Shown: positions 48,271 to 59,636, counted from the first letter of the stretch. The stretch: 64,000 nt of DNA from Hypnocyclicus thermotrophus (GCF_004365575.1 NZ_SOBG01000003.1:196997-260996), one strand, 5' to 3'. Notes: generated by a model not told the origin, from the sequence alone. Program-made: numbers and translations.

Positions 48271-48306
48271 AAAAAAAAGGTCAAATGTCTAAAGACACTT
48301 AACCTT
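48271..48306 (-). terminator. leader terminator/attenuator upstream of the uracil permease gene
   Basis: On the minus strand, a 13-bp stem (AAGGUUAAGUGUC/GACAUUUGACCUU, with 2 G-U pairs) plus U8 lies inside the 5' UTR, ~50 nt upstream of the RBS. Confidence 0.4.
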
Positions 48307-48527
48307 AATAAATAAGTTATATATTAAAATATTAAAAACAAAAATTAAAGATAATAATGTTATAAATGAGAAATTATGCTTATTTTTCTTGAATTTTTTT
48401 AAAAAAAACATCTCTTTTTTCATTATAATCTTCTCCTTTTAAAAATTCAAAATATTATATCATATATTATATTTTTGTCAAGTTAATTTTTATAAAAACA
48501 TTATAAAAATATAATATTTATTATTAT

Positions 48528-50408
48528 TTAGTTACTATATATTCTTTTATATTTATAATAATTATTAAGTACTTTTTCTACATAACCTCTTGTCTCTGTA
48601 TATGGAATTTTTTCTATAATTAAATCACCATTTTTTTCTTTTAACCAATTGAGTACATTTCCAATTCCTGCATTATAAGAAGCTGCTATCTGTGAAATAT
48701 TACCATTTACTCTATCACTTATCCATTTTAAATATTGTGTTCCTATTTTTATGTTTGTATCTGGTTCTAATAATTTTTCTATAGTTATGTTGTTATCGAA
48801 CATCTTTGCAGTCGGTAAAATTATTTGCATAAGACCATAGGCACTAGCTCTTGATACTAAAGATTTTCCAAATAAACTTTCTTGTTTTATTATACTATAA
48901 ATCAATTCTTCTTCAATTCCATATTTTTTAGAATATTTTGATACTATTTTTTGATAATATTTTGGATATAACATTTTTTTTAATTCTTTATAATTATAAA
49001 ATTTTCTATAATTAAGTAAAGAATTTCTAATTGCTTCATTATATGAAGTGTTTTTTTCAAATACTTTTGATATTAAATACTTTTTATATAAATCATCTTC
49101 TGGTGAAAAGTCATAATATTTTAATTCTATCTTTAAATACAAGGGGTTATTTAATTCTAATATTTTTTCTATTCTTGTATTAAATCTCTTATATTTCTCA
49201 TTATATTTTTGTATTGGAAAATCTTTTGCCTTCTCTTTATAATTTTTTATTTCAATAGCTTTTTCATAATAATATGTATTTTGATTGAAAAATATAATAT
49301 AATCAAGATATCCTTGTTTTTCCATACTATATAATTTATATCTATAAAACGCCGACAATTCTGAATAAGGATTATTTTTTATATAATTAACTAATAATTT
49401 TTTTAATTCCTTATATTTTTTTTGAGAAAAGTATATATTATATAACAATTGATATGCTTCTTTTTTATTACTTTGTAATAAATATTTTTCTGCATTATCA
49501 TAATCTTTTTTAAAATAATACATTCTTCCTATTAAATGTATACTTTCTTTTTTAAAGTAACCTTCTTTTACGTTTTTGAAATAAGTAATTGCATTATCTA
49601 AATCACCTTTTCGTCTATATCCACTAGCCAAATAATAATAAATATACGAATCTATTTTCTTATTATTTTTATCTTTTAGATATAATTTTGAAATTTCAAT
49701 TAATTCATTATAGTGTTTTGAATAATATAACATTTTTAATACGCTTATATTGGCCCACATATCTGATTTATTTTCAAGATATTTTCTATATAAAATTGAT
49801 GCTTTATAATATTCACCTTTACTTTTAAAATATTTTGCTAATTTTAATCTGTCTTCTATTTTTAAGTTATCATAATTTTCATCTATATTATATTTTGTAT
49901 TAAAAACATATCTATAATATTTATCTAATTTTATTAATTCTTTTAATGCAGTTTTTTCGTATTTGATAATATCAATATCAAAATAATCTATATATAACTT
50001 TAAAAAATATTCTTTTGCTTTTTCATAATTATTCATTTTTAAATAAGAGTAGGCTATATAATAATTTTTTTCATATTCGAAATATGATTTTTTATTTTTT
50101 TTAAAATATCCATTATTATAATCAGCTTCTAAAGGAATATACTTTGTTTGTTTTAAAAATTTAATTGCTGTTTCATAATTTCCCGTATAATAATAACTTA
50201 GGCCTATATAATAATACAAATATGTTGATTTAATTAAATTTGATTTTTTATATTCTATATTAATTTTTTTAAATTTTTCTATTGCCTTTTTATAATTTTT
50301 ATTATTAAAATCCTTCATCCCATTATCAAATAACATATAGTCATTTATATCTACTGCAAATACAACTAGATTGGTTATTATAAATATAAATAAAATTATT
50401 TTTTTCAT
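48528..50408 (-). CDS. lytic transglycosylase (SLT domain) with N-terminal TPR repeats
   Basis: The C-terminus IIKQESLFGKSLVSRASAYGLMQIILPTA is SLT-like. The N-terminal ~450 aa carry a signal peptide and are TPR-rich. Confidence 0.7.
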   Translation of the reverse strand: MKKIILFIFIITNLVVFAVDINDYMLFDNGMKDFNNKNYKKAIEKFKKINIEYKKSNLIKSTYLYYYIGLSYYYTGNYETAIKFLKQTKYIPLEADYNNGYFKKNKKSYFEYEKNYYIAYSYLKMNNYEKAKEYFLKLYIDYFDIDIIKYEKTALKELIKLDKYYRYVFNTKYNIDENYDNLKIEDRLKLAKYFKSKGEYYKASILYRKYLENKSDMWANISVLKMLYYSKHYNELIEISKLYLKDKNNKKIDSYIYYYLASGYRRKGDLDNAITYFKNVKEGYFKKESIHLIGRMYYFKKDYDNAEKYLLQSNKKEAYQLLYNIYFSQKKYKELKKLLVNYIKNNPYSELSAFYRYKLYSMEKQGYLDYIIFFNQNTYYYEKAIEIKNYKEKAKDFPIQKYNEKYKRFNTRIEKILELNNPLYLKIELKYYDFSPEDDLYKKYLISKVFEKNTSYNEAIRNSLLNYRKFYNYKELKKMLYPKYYQKIVSKYSKKYGIEEELIYSIIKQESLFGKSLVSRASAYGLMQIILPTAKMFDNNITIEKLLEPDTNIKIGTQYLKWISDRVNGNISQIAASYNAGIGNVLNWLKEKNGDLIIEKIPYTETRGYVEKVLNNYYKYKRIYSN

Positions 50409-50528
50409 TATACCACCTCTTTTAAATTATAACATTAAATATATATAATTATAAATATATTTATAATTATATTGCAAAAAAATATTTTTAAGGTATAATA
50501 TATTATCAAATAACATAGGAGGTATAAT

Positions 50529-50789
50529 ATGTTTTTTAAAATAATTGGTTTATTAGCTGCAGTTTTAACTACTTTTTCATTTTTACCGCAAGCTATAAAA
50601 ACTATTAAAACTCAAAATACTGAAGGACTCTCTTTAGGTATGTATTCTATTTTTACAACTGGAGTTCTTTTTTGGATAATTTATGGTTTTTATTTAAAAG
50701 ATATTGCTATTATTTCAGCTAATATAATTACATTTATTTTTGCAATATCTATTCTTATAGTTTTAATAAAAAATAATTTTAAAAAATAA
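50529..50789 (+). CDS. SemiSWEET/PQ-loop family sugar transporter
   Basis: An 86-aa protein with 3 TM segments and the SFLPQ motif. Confidence 0.6.
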   Translation: MFFKIIGLLAAVLTTFSFLPQAIKTIKTQNTEGLSLGMYSIFTTGVLFWIIYGFYLKDIAIISANIITFIFAISILIVLIKNNFKK

Positions 50790-50863
50790 AATATTCTTGA
50801 CATATTTTTTTTATCATAGTATTATTGTTGTATATATTATACTACAATAAAAAGGAGAGAGAG

Positions 50864-52642
50864 ATGAGTATAAATAAATTTGCAGTCTATCATAAAGCAA
50901 AATCAAATTTTGCTTATTTAACAACTGATAATAAAGTTCATATAAAAATTAAATGTGCAAAAAATGATGCTGATAACGTATATTTAATTTTTGGTGATAA
51001 ATACGAATGGCATAAAAAACAAAAAATAAAAATGAAAAAAATTTCTACTGATAACGAATTTGATTATTATGGAATAAAAGTTTTTATTGATAGTAAAAGA
51101 CTTTCATATTATTTTGAAATAGAAAAACATCACAAAATTTATTCTTATACAAATTTTGGTTTTTTTGATAATATAAAACAAGATGAAGCTTACCTTTTTG
51201 TTTTTCATTTTCCATATTTACATTTCGAAGAAAAAAACAATACTCCTACTTGGGTAAAAAATGCTATATTTTATCAAATTTTTCCTGAAAGATTTGAAAT
51301 AGGTAATCCAGAATATAAAGACTATGTAAATGCAAAATGGGAAGAAAAACCAAAATACAATAGTTTTCATGGTGGTGATTTAAGAGGGATCATTAATAGA
51401 CTTGATTATTTAAAAGAATTAGGAATTACTGCTCTTTATTTTACTCCTATTTTTAAAGCACCTTCAAATCATAAGTATGATACCATTGATTATATGGAGA
51501 TAGATCCACATTTTGGTACAAAAAAAGATTTTAAAGAATTAATAAAAAAAGCCCATTCATTTGGAATTAAAATAATTCTTGATGCAGTATTTAACCATAC
51601 TGGAGATAAATTTTTTGCCTTTCAAGATATATTAAAAAATCAAGAAAATTCAAAATATAAAGATTGGTATTACATTAAAAAATTTCCAATTGATTTGGAA
51701 TATTTAGAAAAGAAAAGAAAAGAAAAAGGTTGGAAAGATTGGTATATCGACGAAAAAACTGGCAAAAATATTTTACCTTATGAAACCTTTGCCCATACTC
51801 AACACATGCCAAAATTAAATTTATTCAACAAAGATGCTAAAGAATATATTTTAAATGCTGTTAAATATTGGACTAAAGAGTTTAATATTGATGGTTGGAG
51901 ACTCGATGTAGCAGATGAAGTTCCTCAATCATTTTGGAAAGAATTTAGAAAAGTAGTAAGAGATATAAATAAAGATGCTTATATTGTTGGTGAAATATGG
52001 AGTAATTCTGAAAATTGGCTAAATGGTGACCAGTTTGATGCTGTAATGAATTATGGTGTTACATATCTTTGTACTCAATATTTTGCAGAAAATAGAATAA
52101 ATAGTATTGAATTTCTTGAAGGTATCAATAGTTTATTAATGAAATATCAAGAACAAACTAATTTTTCAATGTTAAATCTCTTAGATTCTCATGATACAGC
52201 TAGATTTTTAAATAAATGTAATTTTAATGAAGAAAAACATTTATTAGCACTTACTTTTATAATGACATATATTGGAGCGCCTATGATATATTACGGTACT
52301 GAAATTGGCATGGATGGAGAACACGATCCTGATTGTAGAAAAGGTATGATTTGGAATAAAAATAAATGGAATATGAAATATTATAATTATATAAAAAGAT
52401 TAATTAGAATAAGAAAAGAAAATATCGAATTACAAGAAGGAGAATTTATTCCTCATTTTAATAAAAAATTACTTTCTTTTGAAAGGATTTATAAAAACAA
52501 TAAAATTTTAGTTATTATAAATAACAGTAAAAAAGAAATACGATATAAATTAGAAAATAACTATACTCAAGAATTAATAACAAATAAAATAATAAAAAAA
52601 GAAATTATACTACAACCTTATCAAGCTGCAATTTTAAAATAA
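50864..52642 (+). CDS. GH13 alpha-amylase family enzyme (neopullulanase/cyclomaltodextrinase-like)
   Basis: DAVFNHTG, GWRLDVADEV, and an N-terminal beta-domain. The start was chosen at MSINKF, which has an AGGAGAG RBS. Confidence 0.8.
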   Translation: MSINKFAVYHKAKSNFAYLTTDNKVHIKIKCAKNDADNVYLIFGDKYEWHKKQKIKMKKISTDNEFDYYGIKVFIDSKRLSYYFEIEKHHKIYSYTNFGFFDNIKQDEAYLFVFHFPYLHFEEKNNTPTWVKNAIFYQIFPERFEIGNPEYKDYVNAKWEEKPKYNSFHGGDLRGIINRLDYLKELGITALYFTPIFKAPSNHKYDTIDYMEIDPHFGTKKDFKELIKKAHSFGIKIILDAVFNHTGDKFFAFQDILKNQENSKYKDWYYIKKFPIDLEYLEKKRKEKGWKDWYIDEKTGKNILPYETFAHTQHMPKLNLFNKDAKEYILNAVKYWTKEFNIDGWRLDVADEVPQSFWKEFRKVVRDINKDAYIVGEIWSNSENWLNGDQFDAVMNYGVTYLCTQYFAENRINSIEFLEGINSLLMKYQEQTNFSMLNLLDSHDTARFLNKCNFNEEKHLLALTFIMTYIGAPMIYYGTEIGMDGEHDPDCRKGMIWNKNKWNMKYYNYIKRLIRIRKENIELQEGEFIPHFNKKLLSFERIYKNNKILVIINNSKKEIRYKLENNYTQELITNKIIKKEIILQPYQAAILK

Positions 52643-52655
52643 TAATATTTAAATA

Positions 52656-52702
52656 AAAACCTTCTAAAATTATTAAATTAATTAGATTTTAGAAGGTTTT
52701 TT
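52656..52702. terminator. bidirectional terminator
   Basis: AAAACCTTCTAAAAT...ATTTTAGAAGGTTTTTT. Confidence 0.5.
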
Positions 52703-52704
52703 AG

Positions 52705-52992
52705 TTAAATTTCACTTGATATCTCCTGTAATGCTAGTTCTAATTGGTTTATACTACTTGAATGCATTCTTTTTAAACAAATATCATTTTTTTTACAGAC
52801 TGCACAACATTTTTTAGATATTTTATGACTTACTGTCCCTGTAAACATCACTACAGCATCAACATTTTTAATCTTTTTATTAAAATTAGGTACATTTTCA
52901 TTAAAAATTTTACATTTAAACCCATATTTTTTTGAAATATTTTTATATTCTCTTTCTATTCCTTTTATTCCACCTGCTATCACTATGCACAT
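52705..52992 (-). CDS. DUF2325-like small protein
   Basis: MCIVIAGG...VDAVVMFTGTVSHK pattern. Confidence 0.45.
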   Translation of the reverse strand: MCIVIAGGIKGIEREYKNISKKYGFKCKIFNENVPNFNKKIKNVDAVVMFTGTVSHKISKKCCAVCKKNDICLKRMHSSSINQLELALQEISSEI

Positions 52993-53217
52993 AAATTACA
53001 CCTCACATTTATTTTGAATTTCAAAATTTTTATATTCAAAGTATAATACATTGTTTTAATTTTGTCAATATTCTTATTTAAAATTTGATTTTTGATTTCT
53101 TTTGAGGTAAATTAATAATATAGAAGTTTATTTTGTTAATAAAAAAGTATAACATTTAATTTTTATATATTATAAATTATTATTTTTTTCACAAAACAAC
53201 ATAAGGAGGTTTATTTT

Positions 53218-53403
53218 ATGAAAATAATAACAAACGATATCAAAAAGGTATTAGATGAAATTCACAAATTAGAAAATGCTCTTGAAAAAGCTTATGCTGA
53301 AGAAAATCATATTCTAGTAAAAGAGTATACTAAAAAATTAGAAACATTAAATGAAGAATACGCTTCTCTTAGAAAAAACCGACATGACAAGATAAATGCA
53401 TAA
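53218..53403 (+). CDS. hypothetical small coiled-coil protein (61 aa)
   Basis: A strong RBS AAGGAGG precedes the start. A terminator hairpin follows (AAAGAGACTTAAATGTCTCTTTATTTTT). Confidence 0.45.
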   Translation: MKIITNDIKKVLDEIHKLENALEKAYAEENHILVKEYTKKLETLNEEYASLRKNRHDKINA

Positions 53404-53535
53404 TTTTTAAAGAGACTTAAATGTCTCTTTATTTTTATTTCAAAAAAATTCTTGACTTTTATAGTATATTATAGTATAAATTTAATATAACATATTTTTC
53501 TTATGCTATAAATAAGAAATTAAGGGGGGAGAATT

Positions 53536-53961
53536 TTGCAACTACCTACTAAAACAAAAACAGGGCTTAAAGCTTTAATATATATTGCTATGCAAAACGA
53601 AAAATATAGATGTAGTATTAAAGAGATCTCTGAAGAACTAAATATATCTAATAGATATCTCGAACAGATTTTTAGATATTTTAAAAAATCAAATATTTTA
53701 GAAGGAAGTAAAGGACCTAATGGTGGATATAAATTACTTAAAAAAGCAAATAAAATATCATTATATGAAATAATTTCTTTATTACAACCAGAATTAGTTA
53801 AAAAAGATATCTTTGAAAATAAAGATAAATATGAAACATCTATTAATATTACTTTATCAAAACCACTTGACGATTTAATTATCAGATTTTTAAAAAAGAT
53901 ATCCTTACAAGATTTGATAGATAATTTTAATTTAGAAGAAAACTATATGTATTATATTTAA
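53536..53961 (+). CDS. Rrf2-family transcriptional regulator (CymR/IscR-like)
   Basis: It has the Rrf2 HTH N-terminus ([15 protein letters not shown]...[13 protein letters not shown]). It lies immediately upstream of cysK. Confidence 0.8.
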   Translation: MQLPTKTKTGLKALIYIAMQNEKYRCSIKEISEELNISNRYLEQIFRYFKKSNILEGSKGPNGGYKLLKKANKISLYEIISLLQPELVKKDIFENKDKYETSINITLSKPLDDLIIRFLKKISLQDLIDNFNLEENYMYYI

Positions 53962-53971
53962 GGAGGAAAAA

Positions 53972-54886
53972 ATGATTTATAACAACATTTTAGAATTAAT
54001 AGGAAAAACACCAATTGTAAAATTAAATAGTATTAATACTTTTGGAACAGAAATTTTAGTAAAATTAGAGTCTTTTAATCCAGGCGGAAGTGTAAAAGAT
54101 AGAATTGCTAAAAATATGATTGAATCAGCTGAAAAACAAGGATTAATTAATAAAAACACCATGATAATAGAACCTACTAGTGGAAACACTGGAGTAGGAC
54201 TTGCTATGACTGCTGCTGCAAAAGGATATAAACTTATTCTTACAATGCCTGATACAATGAGTATTGAAAGAAGAAATCTTTTAAAAGCTTATGGTGCTGA
54301 ACTTGTTCTTACTGATGGAAAGCTTGGAATGAAAGGCGCTATTGACAAAGCTATTGAATTAAATGAAACTTATGAAAATTCAATAATTTTACAACAATTT
54401 GAAAATCCTGCAAATCCTGATGTACATAGAAAAACTACTGCTATTGAAATATTAGAAAACACTGAAAAAAATATTGATATTTTTGTAGCTGGTGTTGGTA
54501 CTGGTGGGACTGTAACTGGTACTGGTGAAATATTAAAAAAAGAAATTCCAACTATAAAGGTTATTGCTGTAGAACCTGAAAATTCTGCTGTACTTTCTGG
54601 AAATGGCCCAGGACCACATAAAATTCAAGGTATTGGAGCTGGATTTATACCTAAAGTGTTAAATACAGATGTATTTGACGAAGTCATTCAAGTATCAAAT
54701 GAAGAATCTTTTAAACACGCTAGATTATTAGCTCAAAAAGAAGGGATTTTAGCTGGAATTTCAAGTGGAGCTGCACTTGCTGCTGCTTTAAAATTAGCTC
54801 AAAAAGAAGAAAACAAAGGAAAAAAAATATTAGTAATATTACCTGACACTGGTGAAAGATATCTTTCAACTGGAATATTTGAATAA
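53972..54886 (+). CDS. cysK: cysteine synthase A (O-acetylserine sulfhydrylase)
   Basis: The PLP-binding block [13 protein letters not shown], the GNTG loop, and the SSGAA motif are present. Confidence 0.9.
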   Translation: MIYNNILELIGKTPIVKLNSINTFGTEILVKLESFNPGGSVKDRIAKNMIESAEKQGLINKNTMIIEPTSGNTGVGLAMTAAAKGYKLILTMPDTMSIERRNLLKAYGAELVLTDGKLGMKGAIDKAIELNETYENSIILQQFENPANPDVHRKTTAIEILENTEKNIDIFVAGVGTGGTVTGTGEILKKEIPTIKVIAVEPENSAVLSGNGPGPHKIQGIGAGFIPKVLNTDVFDEVIQVSNEESFKHARLLAQKEGILAGISSGAALAAALKLAQKEENKGKKILVILPDTGERYLSTGIFE

Positions 54887-54901
54887 ATGACAAAATAGAA
54901 A

Positions 54902-54938
54902 ACAAGTCTCTATCTATTTGACAGAGACTTGTTTTTTT
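54902..54938. terminator. bidirectional terminator between cysK and cstA
   Basis: CAAGTCTCT-atctatttgac-AGAGACTTG plus T7. Confidence 0.55.
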
Positions 54939-54960
54939 ATATATAAATTTATCCCTTTAA

Positions 54961-56358
54961 TTACTCTTTACTATACTCTACTTCTTTATTTCTTATAAAT
55001 AAAAAATTTCCAAGTGCTAAAATTGCTACTATTATTCCTATCGGATATGCAATTTTTTCAGATATTTTAAATCCTTCTTTTGCTATTAAAATATATGTGA
55101 TGATTACAGAAGTCATAAAAGTTGCTGGTATTGCTGCTATCAAATAATTTTTACCATTATTTTTTAAATAAACCGCTCCTGCCCATAATGCTATTGTTGC
55201 AAGAGTTTGATTTGACCATGCAAAATATCTCCATAGTATCGTAAAATCTACAAAACATAGTACAAGTCCAATTGAAAATAAAGGGATTGCTATTAAAAAT
55301 CTATTTTTTACTGGCCCTTGTTTAAATTTTGTTGCATCCGCTATTGCAAGTCTTGCACTTCTAAAAGCTGTGTCACCAGAAGTTATTGGTGCCGCAACTA
55401 CTCCAAGTAACGCCAATGCTCCTCCTATTTTCCCAAGTAGTGAATTTGATATTGTATTTACTACTACTGCTGCACTTCCTGCTGCAGCTAAATTTTTTGT
55501 ACTTCCAAAGAATGCCATTGCCGCTGCTGCCCAGATTAATGCTACTATACCTTCAGCTACCATTGCTCCATAAAATACTTTTCTTCCCTCTCTTTCACTT
55601 GTAATACATCTAGCCATCATTGGTGATTGTGTAGCATGAAATCCTGATATTGCTCCACATGCTATTGTTACAAATAAATATGGAAATGGATTTAATGTTT
55701 TTGGATGTAAATTTTGTAATGTTAATTCTGGGATATGATAGCCTTTAAATATTATTCCGCCTGCTATTCCTATTCCCATTATAATTAACGAAGCTCCAAA
55801 TATAGGATAAATTTTAGCTATTAATTTATCTATAGGAAGTACTGTAGCTATTAAATAATATATTATAATTATACCTACCCACCAAAATTTTCCTATTCCA
55901 CTAAGATTTGCTAAAATTGCTGCAGGACCATTTATAAAAACTACTCCAACTAAAACTAATAATACCACTGAAAATACTCTCATAATTTGTTTTGCGTTAT
56001 TTCCTAAATAAATACCTACTACTTCTCCAATTGTAGCGCCATCATGTTTTAATGATAACATTCCTGACATATAGTCATGAACTGCTCCTGCAAATATTGT
56101 TCCAAATACTATCCACAAAAATGCTATTGGTCCCCAAAGAGCACCTGCTATTGCTCCAAATATAGGCCCTAGTCCAGCAATATTTAAAAATTGTATTAAA
56201 AAAGCTCTTTTCCAATCAATTTCTACATAATCTACACCATCATTCATTCGTTTTGCTGGTGTATCTGCATCTGTTACTCCAAATACTTTTTCAACATATT
56301 TTCCATAAAAAATATATCCTAATATTAAAATAATTAATGAAATAAAAAATGTAAACAT
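54961..56358 (-). CDS. cstA: carbon starvation protein A family transporter (CstA/BtsT-like)
   Basis: The N-terminus reads GYIFYGKYVEKVFG and the protein is multi-TM. The start was chosen at MFTFFIS, which has an AGGAGG RBS. The ORF track start is at 56439. Confidence 0.75.
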   Translation of the reverse strand: MFTFFISLIILILGYIFYGKYVEKVFGVTDADTPAKRMNDGVDYVEIDWKRAFLIQFLNIAGLGPIFGAIAGALWGPIAFLWIVFGTIFAGAVHDYMSGMLSLKHDGATIGEVVGIYLGNNAKQIMRVFSVVLLVLVGVVFINGPAAILANLSGIGKFWWVGIIIIYYLIATVLPIDKLIAKIYPIFGASLIIMGIGIAGGIIFKGYHIPELTLQNLHPKTLNPFPYLFVTIACGAISGFHATQSPMMARCITSEREGRKVFYGAMVAEGIVALIWAAAAMAFFGSTKNLAAAGSAAVVVNTISNSLLGKIGGALALLGVVAAPITSGDTAFRSARLAIADATKFKQGPVKNRFLIAIPLFSIGLVLCFVDFTILWRYFAWSNQTLATIALWAGAVYLKNNGKNYLIAAIPATFMTSVIITYILIAKEGFKISEKIAYPIGIIVAILALGNFLFIRNKEVEYSKE

Positions 56359-56479
56359 AAAAAAACCTCCTAAAAGAATTTGTAGTTGTTGCAATACAAT
56401 AATACTTCTAAAAGGTTTTATTTTAAATATTTCCAACATAAAAAGTCATTTTTAAAACACAAATTGCATAATAATTACA

Positions 56480-57205
56480 CTAAATCATATTCATAATAAT
56501 TCTAAACTCTTTTATATTATTTCTGCTTACTAATACTTCTTCATCAAAATCTTTTATTTTTAATTTATATGTGTTATTAAACCAAGGAATTATTTCTTCT
56601 ATTTTTTCTAAATTTACAATATATGATCTATGTGTTCTAAAAAATTTCTTTAAAGGAAGTTTTTCTTCAAAATCACTTATTTTTGATTTTGCAATATATA
56701 TATTATGTTTAGTATAAATCTTACTTTCTCTCTCACATGCTTCTATAAAAAGAATTTCATCATAATCTAAAACATACATTTTTTCTTTAAACCATCCAAC
56801 TACTCCATCTATTCCTCTATTTTTTTTCTCTTTTTTTTCATCTATTTCTTCATTATTAGTTAATTTCATTAAACATTTTATAATTGTTTCTTCAGAGTAT
56901 GGTTTTAAAATATAATCATATGCTTTTACTCTAAATGCATCTATTGCATATTCTGCATAAGCAGTAATAAATACTATTTTTATATCATCATATAATCCTT
57001 TAATTATTTCTGCCAAACTCATTCCATCTATTCCAGGCATATTAATATCTAAAAATACTATATCTATTCTATAATCTTTTAAAAATTTTATTACTTCAAG
57101 CGGATTTTCAAATTCATCTAATATTTCAATATTACTAAATTCATTAATAAAATACTTCAACTCTTCTCTTGACGGAAATTCATCATCTACAATTATACAG
57201 TTCAT
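56480..57205 (-). CDS. LytTR-family response regulator
   Basis: A REC domain (IVDDEF, DINMPG) and a C-terminal LytTR domain. Confidence 0.85.
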   Translation of the reverse strand: MNCIIVDDEFPSREELKYFINEFSNIEILDEFENPLEVIKFLKDYRIDIVFLDINMPGIDGMSLAEIIKGLYDDIKIVFITAYAEYAIDAFRVKAYDYILKPYSEETIIKCLMKLTNNEEIDEKKEKKNRGIDGVVGWFKEKMYVLDYDEILFIEACERESKIYTKHNIYIAKSKISDFEEKLPLKKFFRTHRSYIVNLEKIEEIIPWFNNTYKLKIKDFDEEVLVSRNNIKEFRIIMNMI

Positions 57206-57219
57206 TTTTCCCCCTTTAT

Positions 57220-58890
57220 CTATATTTCAAATTTTATTTGTGTACCTTGAGTTAATCTATTTATTTCTATTTCATTATCATATATTAATTTTAATCTATG
57301 ATATACATTATTTAATCCTATTTTACTTGATTCAATATTATTATTATGTATTTTTTCAATGATTTCTTTTTTTATTCCTACTCCATTATCAGTTACTTCT
57401 ATATATATTTTATCTTTTTTATCTTTTATATATACCCAAACAGTATCTCCGATTCCAGATTCTATTATTCCATGTTTTATAGCATTTTCAACAAGTGGTT
57501 GTATTGTAAATGCAGGTATTTCTTTATTTAAAATACTTTCATCTATTTCATAAATTATATTTAATCTATTTCCAAATCTTGCTTTTTCTATATTTACATA
57601 CGATTTTACATGCTCTATTTCCTTAGAAATTTTTACAAATTTTTCTCCCGCTTCTATATTATATCTAAAATATGTAGATAAATTTATTATTATCTCCCTT
57701 GCTTTTTCTGGATTTATTCTTACAAATGACGCTATTGTATTTAATGCATTAAATAAAAAATGCGGATTTATTTGAGCTTGTAATGCCTTTATTTCTGCTG
57801 TTTTAGCAGTTTTTTTTACATTTTCTAATTTACTAATTTCCATTTGTGTTGAAATCAGATTTGAAAGTCCCTCTACTAAATATTTTTGCTTTTCTGTCAT
57901 TTGCTTTTCTGATGAAAAATATATTTTTATTGTTCCTATTATTTGATTTTCACTTTTCAATGGTGATATTATTGCTGATTTTATACTTTTTAAATGTTTT
58001 TCATTATAAATAAAATTTATCATATCTTCTTTTCTATCACAAATTAATGTTTTCCCAGTATATAGTACATCCTTAGTAGCTTTGCTTAATATTTTTTGAT
58101 GCGTTATTGTAAATTCATCTTTTTTTGAAAAATATGATAAAATATTTTCTTTATCAGTAATTACAACTAAATCAGCATTTAAGGAATTTAAGACAGTAGC
58201 ACATACTTTTCTAAGTGAACTATTATTTAATTCTCTAAAATATGGTAATGTTTTATTAGCAATTTCAAGAGCTAATTTAGCTTGTTCTCCTGCTACTCTG
58301 TCTTTTTCTTTTTTTATACTTTCTGTAATAAGAATAATTACAGATACTCCTACTGCATTTGCAAAAACCATAGGCACATATATATTTCGTACTATATCAA
58401 AAGCTTTTTCAAATGGTTTTGACAAGATTAAAATAAATGCCATACTTATATTTTCTACTAAAAATCCTCCTATAAATCCATATATATATCTATTTTGTAA
58501 ATTAGATTTTTTATAAAAATATCCTCCTATAAATCCTCCTATTATTGTTGCTATCCCACATGGAATAGATGTTATCCCACCTATGTCAATTAATATTCTA
58601 TGCAATCCTGCCATTATTCCAGCTAACATTCCTACAAGAGGTCCTCCTAAAAGTCCTGCTACTACTACTCCTATATTTCTAGTATTTGCTATAGCACCTT
58701 TATAATCTACACCTACATAAGTCCCTATTATTGCCATTGTCCCAAATATTAATGATAAAAATAATTTATCATACAATGAGAAATTATCTTTTTGCATAAT
58801 TTTTTGAAAAATTTTAAGCTTTGATAAAAAAAATGCTATTGCTATTACATATCCCAAATTATTTAACAAATGACTAAATAATATTAACAT
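57220..58890 (-). CDS. LytS/YpdA-type sensor histidine kinase (5TM-LytS + GAF + HisKA_3/HATPase)
   Basis: A multi-TM N-terminus, the His box QINPHFLFNALNTI, and C-terminal HATPase motifs. Confidence 0.85.
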   Translation of the reverse strand: MLILFSHLLNNLGYVIAIAFFLSKLKIFQKIMQKDNFSLYDKLFLSLIFGTMAIIGTYVGVDYKGAIANTRNIGVVVAGLLGGPLVGMLAGIMAGLHRILIDIGGITSIPCGIATIIGGFIGGYFYKKSNLQNRYIYGFIGGFLVENISMAFILILSKPFEKAFDIVRNIYVPMVFANAVGVSVIILITESIKKEKDRVAGEQAKLALEIANKTLPYFRELNNSSLRKVCATVLNSLNADLVVITDKENILSYFSKKDEFTITHQKILSKATKDVLYTGKTLICDRKEDMINFIYNEKHLKSIKSAIISPLKSENQIIGTIKIYFSSEKQMTEKQKYLVEGLSNLISTQMEISKLENVKKTAKTAEIKALQAQINPHFLFNALNTIASFVRINPEKAREIIINLSTYFRYNIEAGEKFVKISKEIEHVKSYVNIEKARFGNRLNIIYEIDESILNKEIPAFTIQPLVENAIKHGIIESGIGDTVWVYIKDKKDKIYIEVTDNGVGIKKEIIEKIHNNNIESSKIGLNNVYHRLKLIYDNEIEINRLTQGTQIKFEI

Positions 58891-58898
58891 AATACCTC

Positions 58899-59588
58899 CT
58901 ACATATAAAATAAAAATGCTCCATTTCTTTTTTTATCTTTATCTTTTCTAAACGAAAAATAATTATCATCATAAGTACATTTTTCACTAATAATCATATC
59001 TTTTATTCCTAAATTTTTCAATAGATTATAATTAAATTTTTTATTATCAAAATATATTTTATTATTTTTTTCTAAAAAGACATTTTTAAGTGTGTTTTTA
59101 TCAAATTTCATTATAAACTGTTCTCTAAAATCTTTTTGTACTTCATAATTTAATGCACTTATTCCAGGACCAATAGCTATTAATAAATTGTCTTTTCTAC
59201 TGTTAAATTTCTTTTCTAATAAATAAACAGAAGATTTTACTATTTCTTGATAACTTCCTTTCCAACCACTATGCAAAAGAGAAATTATATTATTTTTCTT
59301 ATCTAAAATATATATTGGTAAACAATCTGCATGTAATGTAAATAATACAACATTCTCTAAATTTGTAATAAATCCATCAATATTTTCATAATAATTTTCT
59401 TTAGTATCCGTTATTATTTTTATATTTTTTGAATGTGTTTGTTTTGCATAAATAATTTCTTTTTTTATCCCTTGTTTTTTTAAAAAAAAACTTCTATTTT
59501 TTATATTTTCAAATGACATATCACCATCATTTTTATCTGAAAATATAGCTTTCACTCCGTAATCTTGAAATTTTTTAAATTCAATCAT
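58899..59588 (-). CDS. pgeF: YfiH/PgeF family (laccase-domain) protein
   Basis: HADCLPIYILD and LLHSGWKGS motifs. Confidence 0.75.
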   Translation of the reverse strand: MIEFKKFQDYGVKAIFSDKNDGDMSFENIKNRSFFLKKQGIKKEIIYAKQTHSKNIKIITDTKENYYENIDGFITNLENVVLFTLHADCLPIYILDKKNNIISLLHSGWKGSYQEIVKSSVYLLEKKFNSRKDNLLIAIGPGISALNYEVQKDFREQFIMKFDKNTLKNVFLEKNNKIYFDNKKFNYNLLKNLGIKDMIISEKCTYDDNYFSFRKDKDKKRNGAFLFYM

Positions 59589-59636
59589 AATATTAGCTTC
59601 TCCTCATTAATTTTAAAAATTTTTTTAACCATTTTA

